From IMG/VR virus record IMGVR_UViG_3300021400_001615, positions 1-64,000 of that record: a stretch of DNA of 64,000 nt, one strand, 5' to 3'. A program made the position numbers and the translations under genes. The DNA comes from a virus (Duplodnaviria > Caudoviricetes). Position 1 is the stretch's first letter. Every line of letters begins with the position of its first letter. Under the pieces are notes generated by a model. It saw nothing but the letters and a program-made list of their open reading frames with translations, did not search any database and was not told where the DNA came from. Positions 13,834-24,448 of the stretch are shown in pieces.

Positions 13834-14028
13834 CCTTATGCTTACCGTTACTATTTCTAAAGACTCGGTAATTACGCTTGCAATAGTATAAAACCTCGTA
13901 ATACTCCTTAATTTTTCCCCTCTCCCAATGAGAATTAAGGATTTCTATAAATTCTTCCGGAGTCTCGTTATACATCTCTCCGAAAATGCTACCGAAAATA
14001 CCACCGAAATCATTGTTAATCATAACTA

Positions 14029-14493
14029 TCACCTCATGTAGTAATCTCTAATATAATCACATGCCTCGGTTAATGTATCAAAAACAACTTCACAATCTAC
14101 TTCTGCCAACCAGGGATATACTCGGTCTCTACCAAACCCGATAACGGGGATCTTATTGCAGACGGCAAACTGTACCTCTTGTCCGGTGCCAACCGAACTA
14201 TCCGAGTCGTTTAAATTGCACAATAATACATTACTATTTAATATTTTATTTGTATAAAATGACTTTACTTGTTTATGTGTTTTGTGCTTATGCTCAGAAT
14301 ATGAAAAGTAGTCTAGCGGATTAATTACTTTGATGCTTATATCCTGCCATTCGGCAGCCTGTTCTAACATCTTGGTTGCTCTTTCTCGCCACTCTCTACC
14401 CTCATCCTCCAAACATTTACAAGCTCCCGCTAAGTAAATTTTTATCTTATTTCCCATATTTTTTCTCCAAATAGCTGATAAGATGTGTCGCAT
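14029..14493 (-). CDS. nucleoside 2-deoxyribosyltransferase / nucleotide N-glycosidase family protein
   Basis: KIYLAG N-terminal motif and SVGTGQEVQFA motif; true start probably MGNKIK. Confidence 0.75.
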   Translation of the reverse strand: MRHILSAIWRKNMGNKIKIYLAGACKCLEDEGREWRERATKMLEQAAEWQDISIKVINPLDYFSYSEHKHKTHKQVKSFYTNKILNSNVLLCNLNDSDSSVGTGQEVQFAVCNKIPVIGFGRDRVYPWLAEVDCEVVFDTLTEACDYIRDYYMR

Positions 14494-14701
14494 ACCACAC
14501 TATTTTTTCCAGATCCTGGATACCATTTTTGCGCTTCCACCGACATGCATACTTAATAATATTACCAGTATCAGTAGCTTCAATACCTCGAAGATCTTCT
14601 GTGAAAGCTTCAATGACATCAATCACTTCTAATCCGGAACTACTCTGATAATGTAATGGGTGAGACACTAACTTATCCTTGCTCTCATATAACTCAGTCA
14701 T
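14447..14701 (-). CDS. DUF3310 (SaV-like) protein
   Basis: V.HP.HY...LEVIDVI...GNIIKYACRWKRKNGIQDLEK signature. Confidence 0.85.
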   Translation of the reverse strand: MTELYESKDKLVSHPLHYQSSSGLEVIDVIEAFTEDLRGIEATDTGNIIKYACRWKRKNGIQDLEKIVWYATHLISYLEKKYGK

Positions 14702-15444
14702 CTACTCTTCAACTCCTCTACCAATTTCATGATATCCGGAATTTCTTCTTCCATATCATCTTTCCAATCGCCAACATAACAATAGGTCATATCCTTATGT
14801 GGTACAGTCTCAATTTTTCTAACGTAAGAACTTAGTAAATCGAAATCCTTCTCATAGCAATGAAAGCTGTTTGCTCTGTGAGTATATGTACCAACGGGAA
14901 TATCAAGTTCATCTGCAATCCGCTTTTGTAGCATGATTAGCGCAAACGCATTCATGAACGTAGCCTTGGGAGCATCATTAGATCGGAACAAAACCTTACA
15001 ATGAAGTTTACCGTTTCTAATAAAATACTGAATATGCTGTAAACATGCTATGTCATCACTATACATATCCTGCCCTTTATCTCTAATAACCATTACTGCT
15101 CTCCTGCTACTAGGGTTCCGGTGAAGTTCATCAATAATAAATTGATACTGATCGGCATATCTTTGATGATAGGTGTATGCCCATTTACCACGCTCCACTT
15201 CAAAGTCCAGGATGCCGTCAAGCATCTCCATGACATACTGCTGGAGTTCATACTGTGCGCCTATAAAACATTTTGAAATCATCGGTTCTTCAAGCGGATG
15301 TTCCACAACCATTGTTAAACCAATTTCTTTCTGTGTCGTATCCCAGTCAGCGCAATCTGAGATCTCTTCATCATAATTCAACGCCATCAGGGCTTTATGA
15401 TAAGCCATTGGCAGTGAATTTTCGTGTATAAAATATTCTTTCAT
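14698..15444 (-). CDS. thyA: thymidylate synthase family protein
   Basis: SRRA, catalytic Cys in IACLQHIQY, FRSND...N and NSFHCY motifs. Confidence 0.85.
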   Translation of the reverse strand: MKEYFIHENSLPMAYHKALMALNYDEEISDCADWDTTQKEIGLTMVVEHPLEEPMISKCFIGAQYELQQYVMEMLDGILDFEVERGKWAYTYHQRYADQYQFIIDELHRNPSSRRAVMVIRDKGQDMYSDDIACLQHIQYFIRNGKLHCKVLFRSNDAPKATFMNAFALIMLQKRIADELDIPVGTYTHRANSFHCYEKDFDLLSSYVRKIETVPHKDMTYCYVGDWKDDMEEEIPDIMKLVEELKSR

Positions 15445-15776
15445 TTAAACCACCTTGGAATAGTAAATTCATAACCTAACCACATTATCAATATCACATC
15501 ACGACATACATAAAATCTAGGAATTAATTTCCTCATTGCAACCTCCTTATCTTATCTAACAATCCTGTAAGATAGGTATGTTTGATAAACGCTGCCTGAT
15601 ATCTGTCGTGCCACATCCAATATTTACTACCGAACGTTTCGGAACTATCCATTTCTTTTCTATATTCATCAACTTCATCACGTAACCTTTCTATCTCACA
15701 GGTGATTAGTTCTAGTATGTTTTCAACAACCATAAGCAAAATCACCACCTTTTATTTAATTATTTATTACTAAATA

Positions 15777-15805
15777 ATAATATCAAAAAGTAGTGATTTT
15801 GTCAA
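15777..15805 (-). promoter_or_regulatory. sigmaA-type promoter
   Basis: TTGACA-17-TATTAT flanked on both sides by TAAATAATTAA. Confidence 0.7.
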
Positions 15806-16234
15806 CTTAATTATTTACTTCTCTCAGAAAATATCGGGAATTTAGAGTTTCGATCATCAGCATGTCCGACTGATCTGAGAAGTATTGAACCGGTGATGTG
15901 ATCAAACTCTTCAAAAACCCAGGTTTGACACAAGACATGAACAACGGTTTCCCAATAATGATATCGTCCAGATCTAACTCGACGATTCTTTTCATCCCGC
16001 TCACAGCCTCCGGCTCTTCCTTGAGATTACCTTCATGGTCTGTGATAGAATAAATTTCGTATTGCAATCTCGCCCTCCTTGTAATCCCTCAATCTCCACC
16101 AGCCATTGCTCCTGCCACAACAATTGCCGTGCTTAACCACTGCACATACCCTGGTATCTCTATTTCATATTTTGTAACTGCAAGAGTCATCAAAGAACAC
16201 CAGAAAAAAAGAGCAAGTCCTCCATACAAAAATC

Positions 16235-16849
16235 TCATTCCTTCGCTCCTTCCTTGTATGGGTCGGGTAACGGCATCCATGCTATGATCTTGCAATGCAT
16301 CGGCAGTTCTAGCATCCATTCGCCGTCAATTGTTTGTGATATGTCAACCCATGTATCTTCATCGGAATGATTAACAATAGTAACCATCACATTCTCTGAA
16401 AACTGTTTTCCCGAACCACCAAGCCAGTGATCCTCTTCCGGCAACCGCTCACTGCACGGTATCCACCGCCCTATCTTGTATTCTGGCTCTAACGACATCA
16501 ACCGTGTTTCAGCATCCACCTCTGTATGTCCATCCCAATGTTTTGCCCTCGGTAGATCGATGCAGTCGAACATGTCCCAATACTTGTTTTCATAGTGATA
16601 TGTATAGCTACCTTCCGGCGTATCAATTCCAACGATAAACCAACCGCCGCCGAAACAATACTCTCCGTCTTCGTGCCTATATGATTTCCACGACTTGTCT
16701 TTATATGCTTTGACCAATGCAGCAAATAGGATCATCCTTTGTTCGTATAAAGAATTGAAAGTATGAAATCCATCAGATAAATCACCAATATTATCAACTC
16801 CGGCAACCTCACAGATTGCTTCTCTTCTTTTCAGTTCGGTATCTGTCAT
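16235..16849 (-). CDS. WDGH-motif protein fused to a DUF551-like C-terminal domain
   Basis: SDGFHTF.SLY..R, HWDGHT and WIPCSERLP...AWMPLP motifs. Confidence 0.7.
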   Translation of the reverse strand: MTDTELKRREAICEVAGVDNIGDLSDGFHTFNSLYEQRMILFAALVKAYKDKSWKSYRHEDGEYCFGGGWFIVGIDTPEGSYTYHYENKYWDMFDCIDLPRAKHWDGHTEVDAETRLMSLEPEYKIGRWIPCSERLPEEDHWLGGSGKQFSENVMVTIVNHSDEDTWVDISQTIDGEWMLELPMHCKIIAWMPLPDPYKEGAKE

Positions 16850-17769
16850 TCCTGTTCACCTCTCATATCTGCGCCACAGTGATAACAGAAAAAACTTCTA
16901 AATTTATCTTCTTTCTTTATCAATGCGCCACATTCAGAACATTTAAACATTGTTTCAAACCAATCACTATCGTCTTCAATCCACTCACCTTTTCTCCGTT
17001 CTGGCTGTGCGGATGGCAGATTGCCTATAATACTTTCCGCTCTATCCAGAGCATCCTGCCACGCCTCGTTATACTGGCTATATGTTTCCCGTTTCCCCGG
17101 AATTCTGTATCTGTGTTCCTGACACAACACGTCAAGCGCATCTATCGCCGCCTGTCTGCTGATTAAATCTCCCATCCCGTCACTCTCCTTATATCGCCGA
17201 TATGTATAACTTCGTGCTGCAATCCTTCCTGATCGGTGATGTAGCATTTACACTGATATAGTTTTTCTGCGACATCCGGCAGTGCGGATGGCAACGCTTC
17301 AAATTCCTCAATCAGTTCCGCCTGTTCACCGCACCGACATTCATCACGGACAATATCAATCGCCGCCTGTCTGCTGATTAGATCATCCATTTGTTTTCTC
17401 CTCTCCCGACCAATACATTTCCAGATACCCTTGCATCTCATTTGGGTTGATTACGTTCCACAGAAATTTAAGGAAGTCATCTGGCTGTACGGATGGCAAA
17501 TCCTGAATGATATGTAAAGCACTCGTCAGTCCCACGTTTTTCCACACGGCACATTTATCCTCACCGCCTTCCGTGTCTGCATATTCTTTTTGAATTGCAG
17601 TGATTGCCGCATGTCTGTTTATCATGTCTCCGACATTTACGTCGGTACCATCCTGCGCTTTGAGGGCTTCGATTGCCGTGTTAACCGCTTCTTCAATCGC
17701 TTGATATTTTGTCTTGGTTGACAAGAAAGCTGCGTTTTTCAAAATGCTGATCGCTTCTTCATTCGTCAT
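16846..17769 (-). repeat. Three related ORFs sharing a DLISRQAAID-like motif
   Basis: 16846-17247, 17163-17441 and 17383-17769 share D(L/M)I(S/N)R.AAI...LPS motifs; locally higher GC. Confidence 0.7.
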
Positions 17770-18164
17770 TTTCGATCATCCTCCATACATGCACATCAAC
17801 CCAGCAGTGCCACTGACCACAGGGTAACCTATCCTGCCATGCGTCCATACCTTTGTTTTCCGGGCAGGACTGGCAGTTGTGGGAGTTGTCGGGGTTTGTC
17901 ATGAAGTCCATGTATTCGTCATCGGTCATCATATTTATTCGCCTCTGATTCTCTTCTTTTAATCTTCTCTAATTTCTTCTTTTTGTTGTTGATTCTTGCC
18001 GGTTTGGATCCGGGTTTCTTTTTATATTGCGGACATGTCTGGCATAATCCATACATCTCAGCATCCTTTCCCAGATCACAATTCCCCTTGCTAATATAAT
18101 GAATACAAACTATTTCTTTAGTTTTAGCCATAATCCATCAAACCTTTCCGTTTTGTAATCTTGA

Positions 18165-18419
18165 TTATAGTTTATATAATACAATTGGCCCCTTGTCACC
18201 AGCATAGGGTAATGCCCTAATTGTATTATAATCTATCCATTCTATTGCTTCTGTCTCAGTAAATTGTTCATTGTCCGTAAGCCATTTAATCATAAGCTCA
18301 TAATCATAAACAGCTCTGTTATCGTCTGATACACCAATCAAAGCATCATCATAACTATCATTAGAGAAGATAACAACATCTTCATATCCGGCATCTAGTA
18401 TTTTTTCTTCAGCAGTCAT
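18165..18419 (-). CDS. hypothetical phage protein
   Basis: 84 aa; DDALIG..RAVYD..EAIEWIDYN motif. Confidence 0.7.
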   Translation of the reverse strand: MTAEEKILDAGYEDVVIFSNDSYDDALIGVSDDNRAVYDYELMIKWLTDNEQFTETEAIEWIDYNTIRALPYAGDKGPIVLYKL

Positions 18420-18442
18420 GTAATATCTCCATTTTATATGTA

Positions 18443-18973
18443 TTATTTAATTATTCCTCTTAGATAATAATAAAAATATCCCTTAATAAACATGCCCGTA
18501 AAACTTTTGTTTGGAATAAACATAATTGGCAAATCAAATTCATGCCAGAACGAATGATAACTTGCCCAAAAACTTTTAGAATTATAATCCGTATCGTAAT
18601 GCCCTAACAACATGTCGGCATAAGAAGCATTTTCAATAATCATCACCTTATGTTTTGGAGCAAAAACAAATTCTTTTTTTAATCTTTCCCTGGACTCCGT
18701 AAAACATTTGGAAATTTCTTCAAGACTATTTTTCCGCTCTATTACACATTCTTTGTCAAACCAAAGATCCCGTGGTATCCCAAGTTCTTCATTCTTAGGC
18801 AAGAAAAATGAATAATCGCAAGCATCAAGCTTCTTTTTTATCCATGGAACATTTTGTTTATCAAAAGATCTTATAATGTGATCATTCTTTTGTTCTCTTG
18901 TATCACATACAATGGTCATGCTCTTGAGCAAAGTCTCCTGTTCACTCTATGTAAATTTCATTCGTTCAAGCAT
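18443..18973 (-). CDS. ERCC4-domain nuclease (putative resolvase); in-frame TAG at 18947-18949
   Basis: CDTREQ, CDYS and IERKNSLEE motifs; GGAGG-ATG at 18973 is in frame. Confidence 0.85.
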
Positions 18974-19158
18974 GTTTAATCCTCCGTACACTCTATGGCT
19001 GCAATAGCATCTATATTGTAAATGCCAACCCATTTCTTTTTCTTGATTACTGCGAACACTTTTCTGTCGTAGTAATAATCTGTGTACTGTTTTTCTTTGT
19101 ACTTTCTTATATTACCATCTTTGAATACAATTTTCAACATTTAATTATTCCTTTCTTA

Positions 19159-22100
19159 TTATAAATTGCAAATAGAATAATCATTTAACCACCAGTCGAA
19201 TTGTCCAGGAATATCCTCCCATTCTCCATCGGAATTCTTTTTTCGTTTTGGTTCTTTATTGCAGTCTTTCATAAAAATAATGTCTCCATTTTCTAATGGC
19301 AGATCCAGCCATGCTGTCTTAACCTTCTTATTCTTAGGATTTCTTTTTTTATGAATTTTTAATTCAGCCACTTGTCGATTATTTAAACAAAATGCTTCAA
19401 ACTTGGGTGAATAGTTTGTATTTAATTTTGTAACAACAACTACTCTTTTATTAATGGACGGATCTGAAAATTCAATATATCCTAATACATCCTGTTGAAA
19501 TTTTATAATATCTTTCAATGAATATTCCTCATCTGGAATATGAGAACAAATCTCCTTAATCAATCCAGTCCAATCAATTATCCTATATTGTTTATCACTT
19601 ATTTTACCAGTTTTTTCTGATATATCTGTACAATATTTCTTCAAATTAATATTACTTAATCCTAGTTCATCAATGGAATTTTTAGATATTGTTTTTTTAT
19701 ATGACACTCCTGTTTTCCAGAAGTCAATAACATCCACTATTTTAAGTAATTTTTTTATGGTTCCAAATTGTTTGAAATATCCGATCTTTATCAGATTTCG
19801 AAATACCGTTCCATTTATTTTTGTACCCTTGATTGATAAATAAATATCTATAAAATCTTTATTGGAACTCTTATATATTTCATATATGTCAGCTACAGCT
19901 TTTTCACCTATTCCTTTAACGGATGATAAACTAGGATAGATGATTTTGTTTTTGTCATCCACCGTAAATTTCGTATTATCCTGTCCATATTGAAACGAAC
20001 CAATTTTATAACCATAAAATTTCATTGCTTCATGTTCGAGTTCAGCAACTTTATTTTTATCGCCTTTATCTTGATAATGATTTAAAGTTACTTCATAAAA
20101 TTTCGATGGATAGTGAGCTTTCATCCATGCTTCGTACAGAGAATCATTTGCCATAGCTAAAGCATGCGGTGAATTAAAAGCATATCTTTGTGAATCTTTG
20201 ATGACCTTATATACTGGATCAAAATTATCTAGATTCCCAATATTCTTCAACCAATGGTCCTTTAGGTTATCCTCTACATGTTTTAAAGCTTCTCCAACCA
20301 ACTTCTTTTTTGAAATCTTTTTTATCGTATCATAGGACTCCTTCATAGGAATTCCAAGATAAGAATAAACCAACATTACAGACTCTTGATATAACATAAA
20401 CTTAAATGAGTCTTGCAGTAAGTTATCAATTGCTTCTTCTCCACTACTATATGGTTCTCTGGCTAAGAATTGATTAATGTGTGATTTAAACCCTGGACGA
20501 ATACCGGCGATAAATGCAGCTAACTCTTTGATGTTTTGTGGTTTATACTGCATTGCTTTTTTTGTTGTACCAAGTTTTTCACATTGATTTAAACAACAAG
20601 TAATTCCATTTGCGTATAAATCCCAGGTTTTCTTATCACCAGAAACCATCTTTCTTAATTCAGTCACAGTCGGCACAGATTTGTTAAGACTTCTATATAA
20701 CTTATTAATTATAGATACAACATCTACAATCAAAGCGTCATCTTTAACGTATCCGTATGAATCCAGTAAATTTCCTTCGACATTTGCAACTATAGTAGAT
20801 TTCCCTGTACTTTCTGAATGACATCGTATTAGTCCAATTTCATAGCGAATATCTCCATATCCAATTACATCCGGTTGACGAATATTTCCATTAAATAAGC
20901 AGAAACCGCAAGCATGAACTTTAGCCTGTTCAATAATACCCTGATAAGGTTTACTTTCATTAAATATACGGAGATGATTATCATCTGTTATATAATCTTC
21001 AATATGGATGTTTTTCTTATCTTCGTCGTCTTCTACATTCTTTAATGCTTCATTATACTCGTCAATTGAACTTGTTATTTCATTTGCTACACTTGGTTCA
21101 ATACCTTGAATATCTGCATATAATTTAAACCCTGATTTTTCTCCTAGTTTCCCAACTGCCAACAATGGATAACACCCATGTTCACCGAAAAGTTCTCTGG
21201 CAGCTTTAACAAATGGTTCTTGTGACGAACAGTTCAAATCCAAATCGGGCATCTGATGTGATGCTAAGATTCTATCTTTAGTAATAAACCTTTCTGGGAA
21301 AATAGGAACTTCGGCTTCAAACCGATCCATAGTAGTAAATCCTAGTAACTTATTAGTATAATACGATGCCGCACTTCCTCTGGATGTGGTGGTTAATTCC
21401 CAATTATACTTATCTATTGCCAATCTTACCAATTTATAGTTATCCAATGGGTAATCAGCACAACCACTATCTCTATATTCCCCAAATTCATATTCAATCG
21501 CTTTTTCTCGTTCTGAAGATTTATGATCAGCATCTTCCTCGGAGTATTTTTCGTCAAGGATTTTCTTTAATTCCAAACATCTTTCTTCATATGAATAATC
21601 TTTATACTCAGGCAGAATGGGGATTTTAAATTCCGTATCATAATTCAGATCTTCACATCCATCTACAAATACATGAGTGTTCATCATCGCATAAAGAACT
21701 TCACCCTCTGGAAGCACTTTTTGCTCCATCATTCTCTTGAATACTTCAATCCCATTTGGAAAATCCATGTACCAATCGTCTTCGTCATCATAATGAAGAC
21801 CTTTGCGTTTGAGCAAATCATTTCGTTTTCTACAATCTTCATCATTTATATAATGGGTATCAAGACCAATGATAGTTTGAATACCATATTTCTGTGACAT
21901 CTCATATATCTTTGAATTTATTTTTTTCTGGATATCGGTATTGTGAGTTTGGTATTCTAAGAAAAAACTATCACCGAAATGTCTCCATATCTTTAGCCAA
22001 ATTTCTTCAGCATCAGGATATTTCCATCCAGCAACACATGCGCTAGTCACATATACATCTTCCGGCGTTAAGGTAAATAATAAATCAAGATCAATTCGTG

Positions 22101-22632
22101 GTTTAAAATAAAAGCCATCATCATGAGCGCAGGAAATAATATAATTCAATTTTCTCATTGCAATATAATTTCTGGCTACTAATACCATGTGGCAATTTGT
22201 GTTGTCACGAACAGTTCTTATCTTATTCTCCCCATTTTTAGTGGTGTATTCCTCAGTATGTTCAGAAATTCTATCTTTAACCCAATAAACTTCTGCGCTA
22301 TAACGAAATTTTAATGGGTTATGAATACCTATTTTATTTCTATATTTTTCAGTCTCGGTTTGTTTACATAAATCATAGCAATGCAACCATTCTCCTGGAT
22401 ATCCATGCTCTCCAGAAAAATATAATTTACATCCGTAGTTATCAGATATCTTGAAGAACTCAGGGATGCTAGTAGCACTATCAATCTGTACAAGATCAGA
22501 CCATGTTGTATGTTTATGGTAATTTTCCATCATCATATTCATATCATTAACCCAAGTATGAATATCATATGGAAATCTAAATTTTATCCGTTCTTTAACT
22601 GCTTTAGAAATATTTATCAAGACATCATTCAT
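19159..22632 (-). CDS. dnaE: DNA polymerase III alpha subunit (C family)
   Basis: PHP domain (NYHKHT, GEHG, LDTHY), RGSA, MPDLDL and YAFNSPHA motifs. Confidence 0.95.
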   Translation of the reverse strand: MNDVLINISKAVKERIKFRFPYDIHTWVNDMNMMMENYHKHTTWSDLVQIDSATSIPEFFKISDNYGCKLYFSGEHGYPGEWLHCYDLCKQTETEKYRNKIGIHNPLKFRYSAEVYWVKDRISEHTEEYTTKNGENKIRTVRDNTNCHMVLVARNYIAMRKLNYIISCAHDDGFYFKPRIDLDLLFTLTPEDVYVTSACVAGWKYPDAEEIWLKIWRHFGDSFFLEYQTHNTDIQKKINSKIYEMSQKYGIQTIIGLDTHYINDEDCRKRNDLLKRKGLHYDDEDDWYMDFPNGIEVFKRMMEQKVLPEGEVLYAMMNTHVFVDGCEDLNYDTEFKIPILPEYKDYSYEERCLELKKILDEKYSEEDADHKSSEREKAIEYEFGEYRDSGCADYPLDNYKLVRLAIDKYNWELTTTSRGSAASYYTNKLLGFTTMDRFEAEVPIFPERFITKDRILASHQMPDLDLNCSSQEPFVKAARELFGEHGCYPLLAVGKLGEKSGFKLYADIQGIEPSVANEITSSIDEYNEALKNVEDDEDKKNIHIEDYITDDNHLRIFNESKPYQGIIEQAKVHACGFCLFNGNIRQPDVIGYGDIRYEIGLIRCHSESTGKSTIVANVEGNLLDSYGYVKDDALIVDVVSIINKLYRSLNKSVPTVTELRKMVSGDKKTWDLYANGITCCLNQCEKLGTTKKAMQYKPQNIKELAAFIAGIRPGFKSHINQFLAREPYSSGEEAIDNLLQDSFKFMLYQESVMLVYSYLGIPMKESYDTIKKISKKKLVGEALKHVEDNLKDHWLKNIGNLDNFDPVYKVIKDSQRYAFNSPHALAMANDSLYEAWMKAHYPSKFYEVTLNHYQDKGDKNKVAELEHEAMKFYGYKIGSFQYGQDNTKFTVDDKNKIIYPSLSSVKGIGEKAVADIYEIYKSSNKDFIDIYLSIKGTKINGTVFRNLIKIGYFKQFGTIKKLLKIVDVIDFWKTGVSYKKTISKNSIDELGLSNINLKKYCTDISEKTGKISDKQYRIIDWTGLIKEICSHIPDEEYSLKDIIKFQQDVLGYIEFSDPSINKRVVVVTKLNTNYSPKFEAFCLNNRQVAELKIHKKRNPKNKKVKTAWLDLPLENGDIIFMKDCNKEPKRKKNSDGEWEDIPGQFDWWLNDYSICNL

Positions 22633-23423
22633 TGTTTGTACTCACATCCTTGGCAAGAGCATAAATAATTGCAATAAAAGAAGTCGTTTTTAGGTGGCCA
22701 TTCGGTTTCATTTTCAATTTTATGAATGGTGTCTAATGCCCATGATTGAGCTTCTAAATATTCATCATTATTGAACGGAATTTTAATGTAATCTTTTTGG
22801 CGAAACATATTCCACCACAATTCCTTAATCGATCCCTCACCAAATTCTTCCAATACCGCTTTCGAATATAAATATTGTTGCCTTTGAAAAGCTAAAAAAT
22901 GTTCACTGTCACTCTTGCTTATACGCCCAGATTTAACTCTTTTAATTATGCTGCTTTTATGATCACAAAGTATCAACTTACCATCCTCTGGATCTTGTAA
23001 TAACAAATCAATAAACCCAATAAATGGATATTCCTCTATATTAAAATCGACTCGTTTCTCAACACCTATTACTTTATATTTGTCAAGTGGCAAGTCGATG
23101 TTATTAAAATAATCAATTACTGTATCAAACCAATCCTGTCTGAGATCCTTATATTTATTTGGGGGTGCATCATAAGGAACTTCTTCGGCGAAATGTTCTT
23201 CAAAATATGATGGTAAATCCCATAATCCAAGTTCTCCCTTTTCATATTTCTCTAAACAAGAATGAGCAAAACCTCCGGCGGCACCATAAAATCCATTCTT
23301 TGTTGGTTCGCAATCAATATAATGTCGTTTCCATTCGTATGGACAGCCATAGAAGCTATTCAATCTGGAAAAGCTCCACTTCATTGAAGCTATGATGAAA
23401 TCTTCTCCATTGTATTCATTCAA
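22629..23423 (-). CDS. PD-(D/E)xK (RecB/Cas4-like) exonuclease
   Basis: WSFSRL..CP, GFIDLL, DHKS, QQYLY and C-terminal Cys cluster. Confidence 0.85.
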   Translation of the reverse strand: MNEYNGEDFIIASMKWSFSRLNSFYGCPYEWKRHYIDCEPTKNGFYGAAGGFAHSCLEKYEKGELGLWDLPSYFEEHFAEEVPYDAPPNKYKDLRQDWFDTVIDYFNNIDLPLDKYKVIGVEKRVDFNIEEYPFIGFIDLLLQDPEDGKLILCDHKSSIIKRVKSGRISKSDSEHFLAFQRQQYLYSKAVLEEFGEGSIKELWWNMFRQKDYIKIPFNNDEYLEAQSWALDTIHKIENETEWPPKNDFFYCNYLCSCQGCEYKQ

Positions 23424-24421
23424 ATGCGCTGCCTCCTTTCGTATAAAGTCCGCCAGACAGCTTCCCCCCTATCTGGCGGTGAATCCTTATTCTGTAATAA
23501 ATTCCATCTATCATAAACAACGTAAACGTTGGTGAATCTTTTCAATAACCGTGTGCATTCTTGGATCTTTTGTAGCTTCACATCTTTATCAAATGCTATG
23601 ACTACATCTCTGACTTGCATTCTGATTAATAGCTCAACCTGGTATTCACTTAGTGTAGATGTTTCGGCAGATACTGCGTTATGAAACCCAAATTCATCCA
23701 GTTTCATAACAGATTTAAGACCCTCCACGATTATTATTTCTTTTGTTTCTTTTATATAATCAGACGCTTGCATTGCGCCTGTAAAATAATTAAGAATTCC
23801 AATACGATTGTAGTTCATATATTTCATGATCTTAAGATCTTTATAATTTTGAAACCTTGTTCTTCCCTTAACTCCAATCATATTGAATTCTGCATCTCTT
23901 ACTGGATAGACTATTCTATTGCTCATCGGATCAACTCGGATTTCGTATTTTTTCATTTCTTCTGCGGAAATTCCCTCGTCTATCCATTCTTGCGGAACTT
24001 CGTCTATAAATTTCTGCTTGTAATCTGTATTTGGATCCAGAATAATTCGATTACACACTTCTTTTTTGTGCGGTTCATTTAGTCTTTTTAATAATTTATA
24101 AAAAGACATCGTCTCGGATTCAATATATCCATATGAATCTGTATTAGTAATATCAGCAACTTTTTTAACCGCCTGGTCAAAATTTAGTTTTTCCGTCCAC
24201 ATAATCCACTTATAAATGTTTCCGGATTTTCCGCACGAAAAGCAGTGAAAAAAGTTTTCATCTGTATTTATAGCAAGGGACGGAGTTTTTTCGTTATGAA
24301 ATGGACAAAGGCAGTAATAAGTATTCCCAGAATGTTTTGTGAAATCAACTGTTTTACTAGCATATTCCAGTAAATCAACTTTATTCGCCATATCTTCAAG
24401 AGCATCCTGAGAATATTTCAT
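23420..24421 (-). CDS. dnaG: DNA primase
   Basis: CHC2 zinc finger CPFHNEKTPS...CFSC; TOPRIM VEG and FDKD. Confidence 0.9.
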   Translation of the reverse strand: MKYSQDALEDMANKVDLLEYASKTVDFTKHSGNTYYCLCPFHNEKTPSLAINTDENFFHCFSCGKSGNIYKWIMWTEKLNFDQAVKKVADITNTDSYGYIESETMSFYKLLKRLNEPHKKEVCNRIILDPNTDYKQKFIDEVPQEWIDEGISAEEMKKYEIRVDPMSNRIVYPVRDAEFNMIGVKGRTRFQNYKDLKIMKYMNYNRIGILNYFTGAMQASDYIKETKEIIIVEGLKSVMKLDEFGFHNAVSAETSTLSEYQVELLIRMQVRDVVIAFDKDVKLQKIQECTRLLKRFTNVYVVYDRWNLLQNKDSPPDRGEAVWRTLYERRQRI

Positions 24422-24448
24422 TACTTACCTCACCTCCATCACTTTATA

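Noticed and set aside
22629-23423. Cas4 as part of a CRISPR system
   Set aside because: It sits between primase and polymerase, typical of a phage recombination exonuclease, and has no cas1/cas2 or array nearby.
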